DNA of 64,000 nt, from assembly GCA_032718475.1 (NCBI GenBank), contig JAUCBJ010004929.1, positions 31,551 to 95,550 of the forward strand, in the 5' to 3' direction. Source of the stretch: Nemertoderma westbladi (lineage: Eukaryota; Animalia; Xenacoelomorpha). Positions 47,575-60,471 of this stretch are shown here, piece after piece. The notes beneath the pieces are model-generated. The model was not told the DNA's origin. It did not search any database and saw only the letters and a program-made list of their open reading frames with translations. The position numbers and the translations under genes were made by a program. Within the stretch, counting starts at the first letter, position 1. Every line of letters begins with the position of its first letter.

Positions 47575-48938
47575 TACTACTACTACTAGGATCGGCATGC
47601 TGCATTGCAGCTGCATTTTTAAGAATGCTGTGCCGGCTTGTCAACAAAATTGCACCGCCACAGCTCCCTATCACCCATGACATTTGCTAGATCATCCGCA
47701 TCTTTAAGGCCAGTGTCCTTTAAGATGCGTCTCAAGAAAGTCATGGGCTGTCCACCATGCTTATTCACTCCATGAGGCTGCCAAAGTACAAGATTATGCA
47801 CTGGCTGGTCCTCACGGCGAAAGCAATGTCCTGCAAAGCGGAGGCGATTTTGTTCTAGTGTCAAGCTTGGGTGAACCAATGAGACACCTCCAATGTTATA
47901 TAGTGTCTGGTTGGAGATGTGTGCATTGTACTTGACACAATGAACCCGGCGTAGCATTCTTGAGAATGTGCCATCCAGAGATTTGGTGTCCTCAGCAGTT
48001 AGAGCCCAGCATGGACTCCCATAGAGGAGTACTGGAACTACTGCTGCTCTAAATAATCGGACCTTAAGTTTCCGATTAATTCTCGGTGACTTCCAAATCC
48101 TGGAAAGCCTATTCAAGGCTGCCCATGCCTTTCCCTTACGTATTCGAAGGTCCTCACCTGACTTCCGGATCCATGATCCCAGGTAACAGAAGTCGTCTAC
48201 ATGCTCAAGCATACCATCCTTTGAGCTTATGCTCATCCGATCAGAGACTTGCTGAGGACTTTCAAAGTTAACTGTCAGAATTTTGGTCTTTCTGGAGTTA
48301 ATAAAAAGACCAACACTAGAAGCAGCATGTTCTAATGAGCTGAGGAGCCGTTGGGCTCCCTGTAATGATTCTGAGAGTACTCCTAAGTCATCAGCAAAGT
48401 CTAGATCAGTTAGGTACTTGGCAGGATTTCCTCGACTTCTGGAGCCAGTAGGTGGAGTTATCATCACCCCATCATCATTATGATGATCTAAGGACATGCA
48501 TAGAACATAGTCAACCACAATAATGAACAAGAATGGTGCAAGTGTGTCTCCTTGGAGGACGCCCCATAACACTTCAAATGGTTCTGTGTCACCGTCAACA
48601 GTAGACACAAATGTTGTCGAACCATCGTATACTGATCTGATTGCTGCAATAATTTCATCAGGAATCCCATATAATGAAAGTATGCTGAACATACGTGAGC
48701 GGGAGACTGAATCAAAGGCCTTGAAGAAGTCAACAAAGATAACAGCCAGATGCCTGTCTTTCTTTTTTGATAATTCTTCAATTATTCTTCTAAGTGCCAA
48801 AATGGGCTCCATGGTCCCACGACCTTTACGGAACCCATTCTGATTTCCACGGAGCAGTCTCTCAATGGGATCCCTGATGCGATTTAATAGAATCCTATTG
48901 TATAGCTTTGCAGCAATCGAGATCAATGAGATTCCCCG
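47575..48938 (-). mobile_element. RTE copy D, 5'-truncated
   Basis: RT 3' part with (TAG)n tail; 52-bp TSD at 47523-47574 and 48945-48996. Confidence 0.94.
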
Positions 48939-48944
48939 ATTCCC

Positions 48945-51900
48945 TGTAAGGTTTTCGCTGAAGGTCCCGTACAATACCAACCTATCCGCGTCCTACATGC
49001 GTATGGTGCTAAAGGTAAAGGTTTTTTAGGTATCTTCTCCAATATCTCGAGAGCCTCATGTGCATTCTGTCCAATCAGGAGGGAAATTCCAGGACTGTCA
49101 ACATCATAACGGGGCATGTTATGTTCGTTGGTGAATTTGTCTTCATCCCAATTATATAATGGTGCTTGTCCCCTCGTGAAGTTCTTTATCGCCACCATTT
49201 TTACATTGTCCAATGAGTATATATGATCATGATTGGTCGGGGCTGACAGAGCACCAATGCAATAGAACATTTCCAATGTTGAAGTCCATTTTTCCATTAC
49301 ACCGGCTAAATTAAGTCGCATGGGATATATTTCGTGGTTGTCCCACAGTGTCTCAGCAAGATCTTTATCTATGAAGGTATTCGTGCTGCCAGAATCCATT
49401 AATGCATTTAGTATAATGCTTCTTTTACCTGCATGTAATCTCACCTGGACTATAGGAAATTCTCTTACTCCTACATTCCTGGACTGTTTCAGTTTTGTCA
49501 CCTGATTAACTGATGAGTGTTGTAATGGTGTGATATCGTCTGTTTCCGGGTTTGAGACATAAGTTAGGGCTCTTTTCATCATAACATGATACACATTACA
49601 CGAGTCACTATCATCTGAAAACTCACCTGGATATGGAGAACCTGCCAGTTCGTCAGAGTCATACGGATCTTCGCAAGCGTCACTTAAGTGTACACGTTGT
49701 TCCATACTTCTAGGGGTGTAAGATTCGCTATGTAGCAGAGCATGATGTGAACCGTTACATTTTGGACACTCAATACCTACGATTTTGCAATCTCTCCTCA
49801 AATGACCAAATTTCAAGCATTTGTAGCATATACGTTGGTTCTTAATAAACCATCTCCTGGATCTTACACTCATCTTTAAAAATTCTGGGCATTGGTACAT
49901 TTGATAACTTACCTTTGGACAAAAGGGGCATGTATTAGGATCTTTATTTGTTACCGTTTTATCATTTGTGTTAGTTACTTGGGATCGTGGTAGTATCCCA
50001 TTGGTTGATCTTATATCACGTTGGGTGGAGGTTTGTATATCACCTTTCGTATTTGTCAGTGTATGGAGTCGGCTAATGGGTTTACCGGTTGGTTTCGAAT
50101 AGTAGACTTCCTGGCAATCAGATTCCATGTCTTCTCTCAAAGAAATACTGCTATCGTATTCTGGGTCATAGATATTCATAACTCTTTTTCTGGGAACAAT
50201 AACGGGTTTCTCGGTTGCTGGTTTGGCCTCACTTCCTCTTTCACGGACATCTCTTTGAAATTGTAGAGTGACTTCATCCTTGAGGAATTTAAGGAAGTCT
50301 CTCATGGTGATGTCACGCTGTCTATCACGTTTGTTTTGAACAACAAAACGATCCCATCGATTACCAACATTTCCCTTTGGTAGAGCACCAGCTATTTTAT
50401 TGACGACCATGTAATTGTCATACATTTCTCCCTTATTCAACCTATCTAACTGTCTACACAACTCATGGACTTCATCCGAGAACTCAACCAAGCCTCCACC
50501 TGCTATACGTTTCTTTGTAATTAATTTGTCAAACACAAACATCGCAATGGTAGATTGATCACCATACCTTTCAGAAAGTGTGTTCCATGCTTCTTGTAAC
50601 CCTTGAGGATGACCTACATATTTCAGAGCCATTGTTTTTGGGGGTCCCTCTAGACATTCAATGAGAAATCTTAATTTTTCTCCTTCAGTCAAAAGTGAGT
50701 TCTGTATATTGTCTTTAAAGTACTCGTGGAAAGGAAGCCATTTCAATGCATCTCCATTAAATTTTATCGTTTCACCTCCAGTTACAACCTGTCTCGCCTC
50801 AGTTCTGGCCATTTGTCTACTCAGGCTTTCTTGAATTGAGAGGTTAAGAAAAGATGTCGATAAATTACCAAGGCTATCTGGTGGCTGGGTAACATTAGGT
50901 GGTACTTGCATGGGATTAGGGTTCAAGAATGGGTCAATAGGTGGTTGATCAGTGTCTCTCATTTGGGTCCTCATGGTTGCTATGTTTTCTGCATGCATAC
51001 CAGTAGCTTGCGCTGATCTTTGAAGAATGTGTACATTCTGCCCAATTCTAACATTTTCTGATGATGGTAATTGGTTATTAACCGCAGCTAATGTATCTTG
51101 AGCAGTTACTAGTTGTTGTTGAATTCCCTCCAGAACTTGAGTGGAATAATATATTTCATTTTGTTTTCTTTCAAATACTATATCATTCTCTCGGAGTTTA
51201 TTTAGATCAGCTTCCTTCACTTTATTTAACCTCAAAATTTCATCTTATACTCCCTTTAATTCGTTTAGATTTTCTGCATATGTATTTGCAAACTCACCAT
51301 TATTTCCTAATGTATGTCTTAACTCTGAGATGGTGTCTCGCAGACCCTGTTGCACCCTTTTGCCTTCCTCAATTTGGGTTCTAGTTATCTCACTATCCAT
51401 TGGTTTAATAATGTTTTTTGGCCTACATACTTTACCTGTTTCATTGGTCCTCCTTAACTGTTCAGGATGGGCCCCTTGCTCACCAATGACCACTTCCGAC
51501 ATATTTGCGGATCCATAGGTCTCATTGGTTCCATCAATGGCCAATCTACGGTGACTAATCGGTGACAAACCACTCTCAAAGGAAACACGCTCATTCCGGG
51601 AAACTCTGACTGTGCTGGACATACATGGGTCACTAATAGTCTTCTCACCTTGTACAAAACTTACAGTAGTATGTTTAGTCTGGTTCAATCCATGTGTCTT
51701 ACCTGCGGGTCCAGCCTGAGCTACTGCCGACATAGCTGCGGTTCCATAGCCAGGGTTATTATGATTAAGTTCGGGTGTCTTACTAGTTAGTAGAGTTACC
51801 TTTAGTTGTTTATTATTTGATATTTTATTGTTTGTCAATTGCGCTGGAACTGACATATCTGGACCAGGTTCAGCTTCAGCTTCCTCATCAACATCTATAA

Positions 51901-53983
51901 TGGTAACCAAGGGGGCAGATTGTTTTAGAGAGGATGTGTCACTTTGGCAGGCGTCAGAATATGCATGTGGGTTAGATCTCGGTGGCATATCCGGCATCCG
52001 GATTAACGATGCTCGCTTTCTGCGACTGTTCTCTGCCCTCGAGGAATAGACTTTGCTTATGTCACTATCACTTGCACCCTCATCTGATGAGGTGAAATAA
52101 TTGGCCTTCCGGGTGATCCGTTCTTTGTCAAGCGAAGAGAATTTCCTTTGTATCTCCTCCCTTTTTCTTGCCATTTCATCCTCTGCAGCTAAAGCCGCTT
52201 TCTTTCGTTCGAGTTCCAATGCCCTTAATTGGTCGGCCTTAATTTTCTCTGCCTCGGCTTCGGCCTTAATTCTATCTGCCTCGGCTTTGGCATTAATAGA
52301 TTTTCCCAATGCACTGTGATTACTTGGAACAATCTACCTTATGAGGTTGTTAATGCACCTAATGTCATTACTTTTAATCGTTTGATTAAGAATGTTGATT
52401 TTAGCCATTTGTATAGTTTTTATTAATTTATCTTACGAACTGAACTCTAACTAATAGTCAGACCCTTTACTTGTTATAAAATATCTTATCCAATTAGTAT
52501 ACGTACGTACTGTACATACATGTGCGATCGGTGCGTTCCCCTATTTTATTTTATTTTTATTTTATATTTTTGGAGTATATTTTAAATATATGATAATATT
52601 TTACTTTTACTTGGGACCCCTATTAGTGCTATATGCCTTGGCGGTCTTCTCCCTCCTATTCAAAACATTAATTTTATCTGCTTTGGCCTCTAATTCTAGT
52701 TCGATCACCTGTTGCTTCCTCCTTTTCTGAGCAGCATCTAATTCCAGTTGCTCCAAAGCCCAGTTTGCCCAGTCGGTCAATGTCTTCCAACACCCGTCTA
52801 GCTTGTTTACTCCTTGGGTTCAGGCCCTGCAATCGCCGGCGCAATTCTTTTTCTCCCACGATTTCTATTTGATCTGTCAGTTGTGAGATGGCATCTACTG
52901 GGACTTCTTGTTTGTATTCTAGAACAGATTTGGATAGGACAACCACTTCTTTGAGTAAGTCGTTTATCAATTTATCCAAAACAGAATCCTGAAGTCTTAG
53001 TGCCACTTCATGGAATGCCGAAAATATTATTCTTATACGCAACACTCTCTGCACCACTTCGAAATCTAATGAGGGATCAATAACTTGTGTACTCTGCTCA
53101 GCATGGAGTCGAATTTTAAGTTGCTCAATTTGTTTACTAAAGCCTTGCTTAAATGTTCTCGCCATCCTTTGATAAGTCATGGATTCTGTCACTGATTTTG
53201 GCATTTTTAATTTTTGTAACCCTTCTACAGTAGCATCACCTAGGTTAAAAAACCTGTGTAACTTGGGGAAATTGTGCTGGCGTAATACCTCTCTTTGAAA
53301 CTCACCTGCAGAATATCCCGCATGGAGTGTTGATGTTGGTTTATAAGTCTCTATTGCCTCTAGCAGGCGGATTAATTGATTCGGTGGCAGCCTCATTAAG
53401 GGATCTTTAAACGAGGTGTCAGAACCAGAACCTTTAGATGAACTGACTTCACTTACACTAGCTGGAATGGATTCAGATTGGGGGTGTGAAGCCTCACCTA
53501 TTATCGGTCCACCTATTGTATTATGAGAGGCCTGGTTACCTTGTATAATTTCATTGTCAGGCAATACAGTCATGTTCATGTCATTTCTGCAGTAAATACC
53601 ATCCCTGTCAGAATTGGAACTGTCACTACTATAAGTGGGACTTCTTTGTGTTCTAACGTCCACACTTGCTGCTTGTTCTCGCTGGGAAGTCTTATTTGCA
53701 AGTCTTTGTCCAACTCAGTATCCTTACTTGCCTGTACTAACCCTTTCCTTTTACTCTGTGCCCTAGTGCCGATCACAGATCTACGACGATCTACAAGGCG
53801 TGTGTCAGTTATTTGGACTTCCCTACTATGTATTCTAACTGGGGGATGTACAGCTGCTGGACTTCTTGCTGGAGGAGGGGTTCTCAAAATCTTGTCACGG
53901 ACTTCAAACCCATCACTACTAGAAGCATTACTGGGTGCGGACATAAATGAATTGTTATTTAAAGTAGATTTATGATCATCCAT
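48945..53983 (-). pseudogene. gag: BEL-3 Gag-protease with long N-terminal extension (frameshifts; CR1 insertion)
   Basis: ORF pieces starting at 53983, 53663, 52309 and 51235; KFNGDALKW..EKLRFLIECLEG; three knuckles; ALMDSGS. Confidence 0.9.
52298..52665 (+). mobile_element. 3' terminal fragment of a CR1/L2-group LINE
   Basis: Encodes FSQCTVITWNNLPYEVVNAPNVITF (typical ORF2 C-terminus) plus 3' UTR; TSD CATTAAT at 52291-52297 and 52666-52672. Confidence 0.82.
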
Positions 53984-54653
53984 GTTAATTAATTAATTAA
54001 ATATAATTAATTAAAAAGATCCAATCTATAATTTATTTATAAACTGTAGCGCCTGCAAATAATTAATAATTATTAATGCAGTATATATAGCTTGTCAGTC
54101 AGTTGATTTCTGCAACAGAAATAAGCCACGCCACCTACTGATAGAAAGATAACAAGTGCTGGTTAAAGAAATGCTAGTGCTGGATATTCCCGTAAGGAGT
54201 CGCCTTTGCCTAACACCCTCAGATGAAATTACACTGGTGGAAGCTACTGTAGCTATCTGATTGGCGATGCCTATATGGATAATTCAATTTAATAGGGCTT
54301 GACAGTAAATGGCTTATACTAAGGCAGTCAGAGGAGATAACAAATGGCCCTCCTTGTTCGCTCAGTTACCTACAATAATTATCAAGGCAGTATGGGCTGA
54401 TGTTAAAGCTTTCTGTTACAAGCTATTATATTGTACTCTCTTGGCAATGTTCCAATATAGACTAACAGTAACTGGGTCGAATGCAGGGAAGTTAATTCGA
54501 TATATTGGCAGTTCCGAGTAACTTGTATGCCTGTAATGAATGATATAGACCAGTTATATTGATGCCGTATGTCTATGAAATAAATGTGACCAAATTGCTT
54601 TGGTATATAGATTATTCTTATATTCCTGCAATATAAATTAATCTACTATGCCT

Positions 54654-57600
54654 TGGTCAGGTCAGGTATTCTAGGTCATTGATCAAGAAAACTTGCCACC
54701 TCCATGCAGCATAAAGGAGGTGCCACCTGTAGCTGCATAGACCCTCTTACTAGGGCAAATCTGGTCCTGTAACTAGGACCCCCTTCGTTCTGGGATAAGG
54801 ACACCCTTGGTCCTGGATTAAGGACCCATATACTTGGCTGCAGGGGTATATGGCCTGACCAGGCAGATGGTGATCTACCAATGGCTGGTTAGGAGTAGAG
54901 TGTTCTCATGTCCACTCTGAGGGCACTTCACTGCGACCTGCACCTGGCAGCAAGGGTACAGGGCATGACCCAGCAGATGAGCTGCAACAGCCAATGGTGG
55001 GTCATGTACGCCAGAGTAGATATGGGTGATGGGCCTCATATCTGACTCCATTGCGACACCCACCCTGTGGAATGGCAAACCAGGGTGTGGTATTTGCCCC
55101 GAGAGCTGACTCGGCAAAAAAGCACCCCCCAACCCCCACTATGGATTACATTAGCAATGCGGAGGTCCGGCCACTAGAGGCCAGTGGAATTACCGGACAC
55201 AATCGGCCTCACAGGCGTCAGTTAACTCCTGACCGGCTGCCTGTCTCACCCCCTACTGGAGAGAGAGCAGCCAACAATTCGTTGAGTCCCTTTCCTGATG
55301 ACCTTTCTGGCCCAAACCCTGGGTCACCAGGGAGGCCAGATTGTGATGGGGAGAGGGATTCTGGAGTTGGAGGCTACTCTCATGTTCCACCCCGACCAAC
55401 AAAGCCATTGGTGAATCTGAGGCAAGTCACTAGACTAGCCTCAGTAAACACCCTAACACTCGGGTCCCCAATGCGACAAGGTGAGCTGACTGCCTTGGCA
55501 GATAAGCTTTCTCTTAGCGCAGTGGGTGTTCAAGAGCACCGAATGCAGACTGGACAGACTGATGAGGTTCTGATTAAGGACATGGGGGGCGGTTGGCGAC
55601 TCGCCCTCGCGTCAGCAGATGATAGTGGCAATGGTGGAATTGGTCTATTGATGAATCCAACTGCACATGCAGCATTGGACAAAATAGACCAAATCTCTAA
55701 CCGCATCATCCGTTGCCACTTCTCATGTTCTGGAAGACTGGCTAAGAAGTTTCCTAAGGTGGTTCTGATTGTGTGCTACTCTCCAACTAGTGTTGCCCCT
55801 GTAGAGGAGGTGGAAAATTTCTACCACAATCTACAAGCAGCAGCAACTGATGGAGTGGATCAGCATGCATTCTTAACATTCCTGGGAGACTTTAATGCAA
55901 GTCTGCATCAATCACCTACATCGCCCTGGGTCTATAGCAATAGTGTTAACCGAAATTCTGTCCATCTTCAGGATTTTATCTCTGGAAATGGATTGTTTTC
56001 GGCTGGAACCCAGTTCAAGAAGCGAACTGGAAAGCTATGGACTCATAGTGGACCCAGTGGTCACAAGTCCCAGATAGACCATATTCTGTTTCGTAGGAAA
56101 TACAGGAGCTCTATACAAGACTGTAATGCATTTACACTTCGACCCTTCTCCAGTGATCACCGCCTTATTGTGGCCAAGGTAAGACTTAGTCTGCGTGCTA
56201 GCAGAACAACGAAATCTGCCTTGCCACGGCATGACTGGTCCTCTCTGTTGCAACAGCCAAGTGTGAGATCCAGCTTCACACTACAGCTGAGTAACAGGTA
56301 TGAGGCTCTTGCCTCTGAGGCGGCAGATCACTGCGAGGGCTATACTGCCTTTACAGAAGCAGTTAAGTTAGCAGCTGCAGAAACAGTTCCTGTATACCCT
56401 CGAAACAGGAAAAGGGCCCCCTGGACTGACAACAAAATTCAGAAGTGCCGAAATGACCTTCATAAGGCGCAGAAAGAGTCCCGACTCAAACAGACTACAG
56501 CGGCCAAGAATGCAGTTAAAGCTGCATCTAGGTCCCTGAACAGGCAGTACTCTGTTAATCTACAGGAGCTAATAAACCAACAGGTTGATGCCATCAATGA
56601 TGCTGACGACAGCAGGCAATCATCCCAGGCATGGAAATCGATCAATCTGCTTACTGGGCGGAAAAGCCAACCAACCACCAAGGTTAAGGCTGAATCACCA
56701 GCCGATCGCCTCAATGGTTGGAAAGCCCACTTTGAAAAGCTCCTCAATAATGACAGGGTATTGCCTGATAACTTTATAGAAGTAAAAGTGTCTGAGTCTG
56801 TACTCCCAGATATTCCCATTGGCGATATCTCCTTTGCAGAAGTGAAGGCTGCTGCAAAGAGCATTAAGACCAATCGTGCCAGTGGAGTAGATGGTGTTCC
56901 CCCTGAGGTCTTTAAAATACCTGAGTGTTTAAAGCTCATCTATCCCATCATAGTAGACATGTACCGTACAACAAGAGTCCCACAAGAAATGAAAACAAAT
57001 AAGTTGGTGCCAGTTCCCAAGAAGGGCAACCTAACACTCTATGGTTCTTTTCGGGGAATCTCATTGATCTCGATTGCTGCAAAACTATACAATAGAATTC
57101 TATTAAATCGCATCAGGGATCCCATTGAGAGACTGCTACGTGGAAATCAGAATGGGTTCCGTAAAGGTCGTGGGACCATGGAGCCCATTTTGGCACTTAG
57201 AAGGATAATTGAAGAGTTATCAAAAAAGAAAGACAGGCATCTGGCTGTTATCTTTGTTGACTTCTTCAAGGCCTTTGATTCAGTCTCTCGCTCACGTATG
57301 TTCAGCATACTTTCATTATATGGGATTCCTGATGAAATTATTGCAGCAATCAGATCAGTATACGATGGTTCGACAACATTTGTGTCTACTGTTGACGGTG
57401 ACACAGAACCATTTGAAGTGTTATGGGGCGTCCTCCAAGGAGACACACTTGCACCATTCTTGTTCATTATTGTGGTTGACTATGTTCTACGCATGTCCTT
57501 AGATCATCATAATGATGATGGGGTGATGATAACTCCACCTACTGGCTCCAGAAGTCGAGGAAATCCTGCCAAGTACCTAACTGATCTAGACTTTGCTGAT

Positions 57601-58415
57601 GACTTAGGAGTACTCTCAGAATCATTAGAGGGAGCCCAGCGGCTCCTCAGCTTATTAGAACATGCTGCTTCTAGTGTTGGTCTTTTTATTAACTCCAGAA
57701 AGACCAAAATTCTGACAGTTAACTTTGAAAGTCCTCAGCAAGTCTCTGATCGGATGAGCATAAGCTCAAAGGATGGTATGCTTGAGCATGTGGACGACTT
57801 CTGTTACCTGGGATCATGGATCCGGAAGTCAGGTGAGGACCTTCGAATACGTAAGGGAAAGGCATGGGCAGCCTTGAATAGGCTTTCCAGGATTTGGAAG
57901 TCACCTCGAATTAATCGGAAACTTAAGGTCCGATTATTTAGAGCAGCAGTAGTTCCAGTACTCCTCTACGGGAGTCCATGCTGGGCTCTAACTGCTGAGG
58001 ACACCAAATCTCTGGATGGCACATTCACAAGAATGCTACGCCGGGTACATTGTGTCAAGTACAATGCACACATCTCCAACCAGACACTATATAACATTGG
58101 AGGTGTCTCATTGGTTCCCCCAAGCTTGACACTAGAACAAAATCGCCTCCGCTTTGCAGGACATTGCTTTCGCCGTGAGGACCAGCCAGTGCATAATCTT
58201 GTACTTTGGCAGCCTCATGGAGTGAATAAGCATGGTGGACAGCCCATGACTTTCTTGAGACGCATCTTAAAGGACACTGGCCTTAAAGATGCGGATGATC
58301 TAGCAAATGTCATGGGTGATAGGGAGTTGTGGCGGCGCAATTTTGTTGACAAGCCGGCACAGCATTCTTAAAAATGCAGCTGCAATGCAGCATGCCGATC
58401 CTAGTAGTAGTAGTA
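54654..58415 (+). mobile_element. RTE copy E, full-length, in the BEL-3 leader
   Basis: Same 5' end as copy B; (TAG)n tail; no TSD visible. Confidence 0.95.
55051..58371 (+). CDS. RTE APE endonuclease + reverse transcriptase, intact
   Basis: 1106 aa; only a few residues differ from copy B. Confidence 0.95.
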   Translation: MRHPPCGMANQGVVFAPRADSAKKHPPTPTMDYISNAEVRPLEASGITGHNRPHRRQLTPDRLPVSPPTGERAANNSLSPFPDDLSGPNPGSPGRPDCDGERDSGVGGYSHVPPRPTKPLVNLRQVTRLASVNTLTLGSPMRQGELTALADKLSLSAVGVQEHRMQTGQTDEVLIKDMGGGWRLALASADDSGNGGIGLLMNPTAHAALDKIDQISNRIIRCHFSCSGRLAKKFPKVVLIVCYSPTSVAPVEEVENFYHNLQAAATDGVDQHAFLTFLGDFNASLHQSPTSPWVYSNSVNRNSVHLQDFISGNGLFSAGTQFKKRTGKLWTHSGPSGHKSQIDHILFRRKYRSSIQDCNAFTLRPFSSDHRLIVAKVRLSLRASRTTKSALPRHDWSSLLQQPSVRSSFTLQLSNRYEALASEAADHCEGYTAFTEAVKLAAAETVPVYPRNRKRAPWTDNKIQKCRNDLHKAQKESRLKQTTAAKNAVKAASRSLNRQYSVNLQELINQQVDAINDADDSRQSSQAWKSINLLTGRKSQPTTKVKAESPADRLNGWKAHFEKLLNNDRVLPDNFIEVKVSESVLPDIPIGDISFAEVKAAAKSIKTNRASGVDGVPPEVFKIPECLKLIYPIIVDMYRTTRVPQEMKTNKLVPVPKKGNLTLYGSFRGISLISIAAKLYNRILLNRIRDPIERLLRGNQNGFRKGRGTMEPILALRRIIEELSKKKDRHLAVIFVDFFKAFDSVSRSRMFSILSLYGIPDEIIAAIRSVYDGSTTFVSTVDGDTEPFEVLWGVLQGDTLAPFLFIIVVDYVLRMSLDHHNDDGVMITPPTGSRSRGNPAKYLTDLDFADDLGVLSESLEGAQRLLSLLEHAASSVGLFINSRKTKILTVNFESPQQVSDRMSISSKDGMLEHVDDFCYLGSWIRKSGEDLRIRKGKAWAALNRLSRIWKSPRINRKLKVRLFRAAVVPVLLYGSPCWALTAEDTKSLDGTFTRMLRRVHCVKYNAHISNQTLYNIGGVSLVPPSLTLEQNRLRFAGHCFRREDQPVHNLVLWQPHGVNKHGGQPMTFLRRILKDTGLKDADDLANVMGDRELWRRNFVDKPAQHS

Positions 58416-59598
58416 CAGAATGATAATGCAATAGAACGTACCTAATGATAATGCGTACTTAATATACAAAGAAAATTATTACAAATCAAAATATTACAAA
58501 TCAATGGATAGGACAATTTAACGGGTTAGATTTATCAGGGGAGTAAATTTATGTTTATAGCTGGAATTTAATTCCAACTATTTTGGGACTTCGGATTTTG
58601 CTTTCAACAATATTTATCATCTGTCGCACACAATTCCACTGTCAGGTTACGAACACACATAGACTTATGGTACGCCGAGACCTGCATAGATTTACAACGT
58701 CGAGTCTGACACGTGGAAGTTTCCCCAGCCTCCGAAACCGAACAGCGTCAAGGGAGAAACTCTTTAATTGCATACAATTTTCAAGCAAACACTGCTGTCC
58801 ACAGGAATAAATTTTGCTTAGCCTTACCCGCTGGTAAGCAAAATTTAATAACTTGATATCAGGAACTCGTGCTTACAATAAGAAATACGTCTGCTCAGTT
58901 ACCCAACGATCATCGATACCCTATTCGCACGTAGCTAGGAATCTTACTGTCGATCTGCCGCTGAACGCAATACAACTGAGCGTTCAAATCCCTTACCGTA
59001 CTCACTATACCGAACACCAACAGGATTGATATGGGACCAATTAATCCAGTTTTCATGCAGTCAAGACGGGAACAGCACAAACACATTCAGTCACCTGAAA
59101 TCACACTCACAAATAAGCAATTCACAATCGAAACACAAACAACACAGTACAGAAAAATTTCTTCAAATACCTCTCCCAGAATATTTAGATAGATACTCGA
59201 TTTACTATTAAGACGAGATTGACACCAAGCGAGATATAATTACGCAAGGGACGTCCGGGACGTCCTATCAAAAAGGTGGGGGACACGCAGTTCGTTAGCC
59301 GCTTGAAATATTTGAGTGCAGAATCTACACTGAACTATTAAATGCTACAACAATAAATGTACATACTGTAAATGTAAACATTCAGGTAAATAAATTTTTA
59401 CAACTCCTATTCTATACACAGTAAATCTATTTATAACACCGACAGTTGTAAACCTAAAATATTCTATTCAGGGTGCGCAGTCCTAAATAGCCTACTCTAG
59501 AATTACAGATAAGGACAATGCAACAATAAATGCGAGGAGAAAAATTCACCAGGTGGATAATATTCGCTGGCGAAATCTTCACTGAGTTAAATATTCAC

Positions 59599-60471
59599 TG
59601 TTAGCGCTACAATTCAATTTTGCAAATAATGAGCCTAAACTTACGACCAGCTGTATATACAAGAAACGGGCGCTAGTAACCGTTACTTGTACTCGTAGAA
59701 TAATTTATTGTTGCATATAAAACTGGCGTTACTGTAAACAGATTTGAAACCCCGTATAAATAGTTCCTTTAAGTTGTGTGTCTGGACTGCTTACGTCTTT
59801 ATGTCTAACTGAAAACTGTATTCATTCGAGACTTATGGAAGTCGGATTTATGAAACTGACAATCCGAGATACCGATGTCACAGGAATTAATTTTGTGCAC
59901 GTATTAAAATATGTTAGTTTGCTATTAATATTAGGCGTCATATGACAATACTGTAACACACACCCCAATGCGATGAGTTGCAATACCGTACAGTCTATAG
60001 ACCACCAACCTCAATGTTATTGTGCTACCAACGTTAATCAACAACGGAATGACTTGAATCCATTCTCTTTATCTTTATCGATAACATAATAATAACATAA
60101 ATCGCAATAATTCAACTGATATAACAAATTAATTAATAGACAAACAATAAATCGACATAATACGAATCAATATCACAAATTGACATCGGCAATATCACGA
60201 ATTGACGTGAATATTCCGACCCACAAATCTACTAACAGCTAGTGAGCTATTAACTAATAAATCTTCAATAGTTAGGCTAACCAACTGATATAATGCTATA
60301 CTATATATACTATATAGGCTGGGGCTGGTAAGCTGAATGCAAATGGGTATTAGCCAATCAGAGCTATTCTGCATGGCCCTTGCCGTATAACATAATAATT
60401 CCCTGGCAGAAGTAAATTAACAATATGGGGCGAGCCTGCAAGGTAAATGCCATACACTAGTGGCATTAACA
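59599..60471 (-). repeat. BEL-3 5' LTR
   Basis: Direct repeat of 39720-40592. Confidence 0.94.

Larger units (their letters stand above)
39720..60471 (-). mobile_element. BEL/Pao LTR retrotransposon BEL-3 (relative of BEL-1; contains two RTEs and a CR1 fragment)
   Basis: 873-bp LTRs; TSD CGGTC at 39715-39719 and 60472-60476; complete pol motifs. Confidence 0.94.

Noticed and set aside
47619-48980. BEL-RTE fusion proteins (also 46658-47683, 51245-52309, 61244-61726)
   Set aside because: Chance read-through across insertion junctions and TSDs
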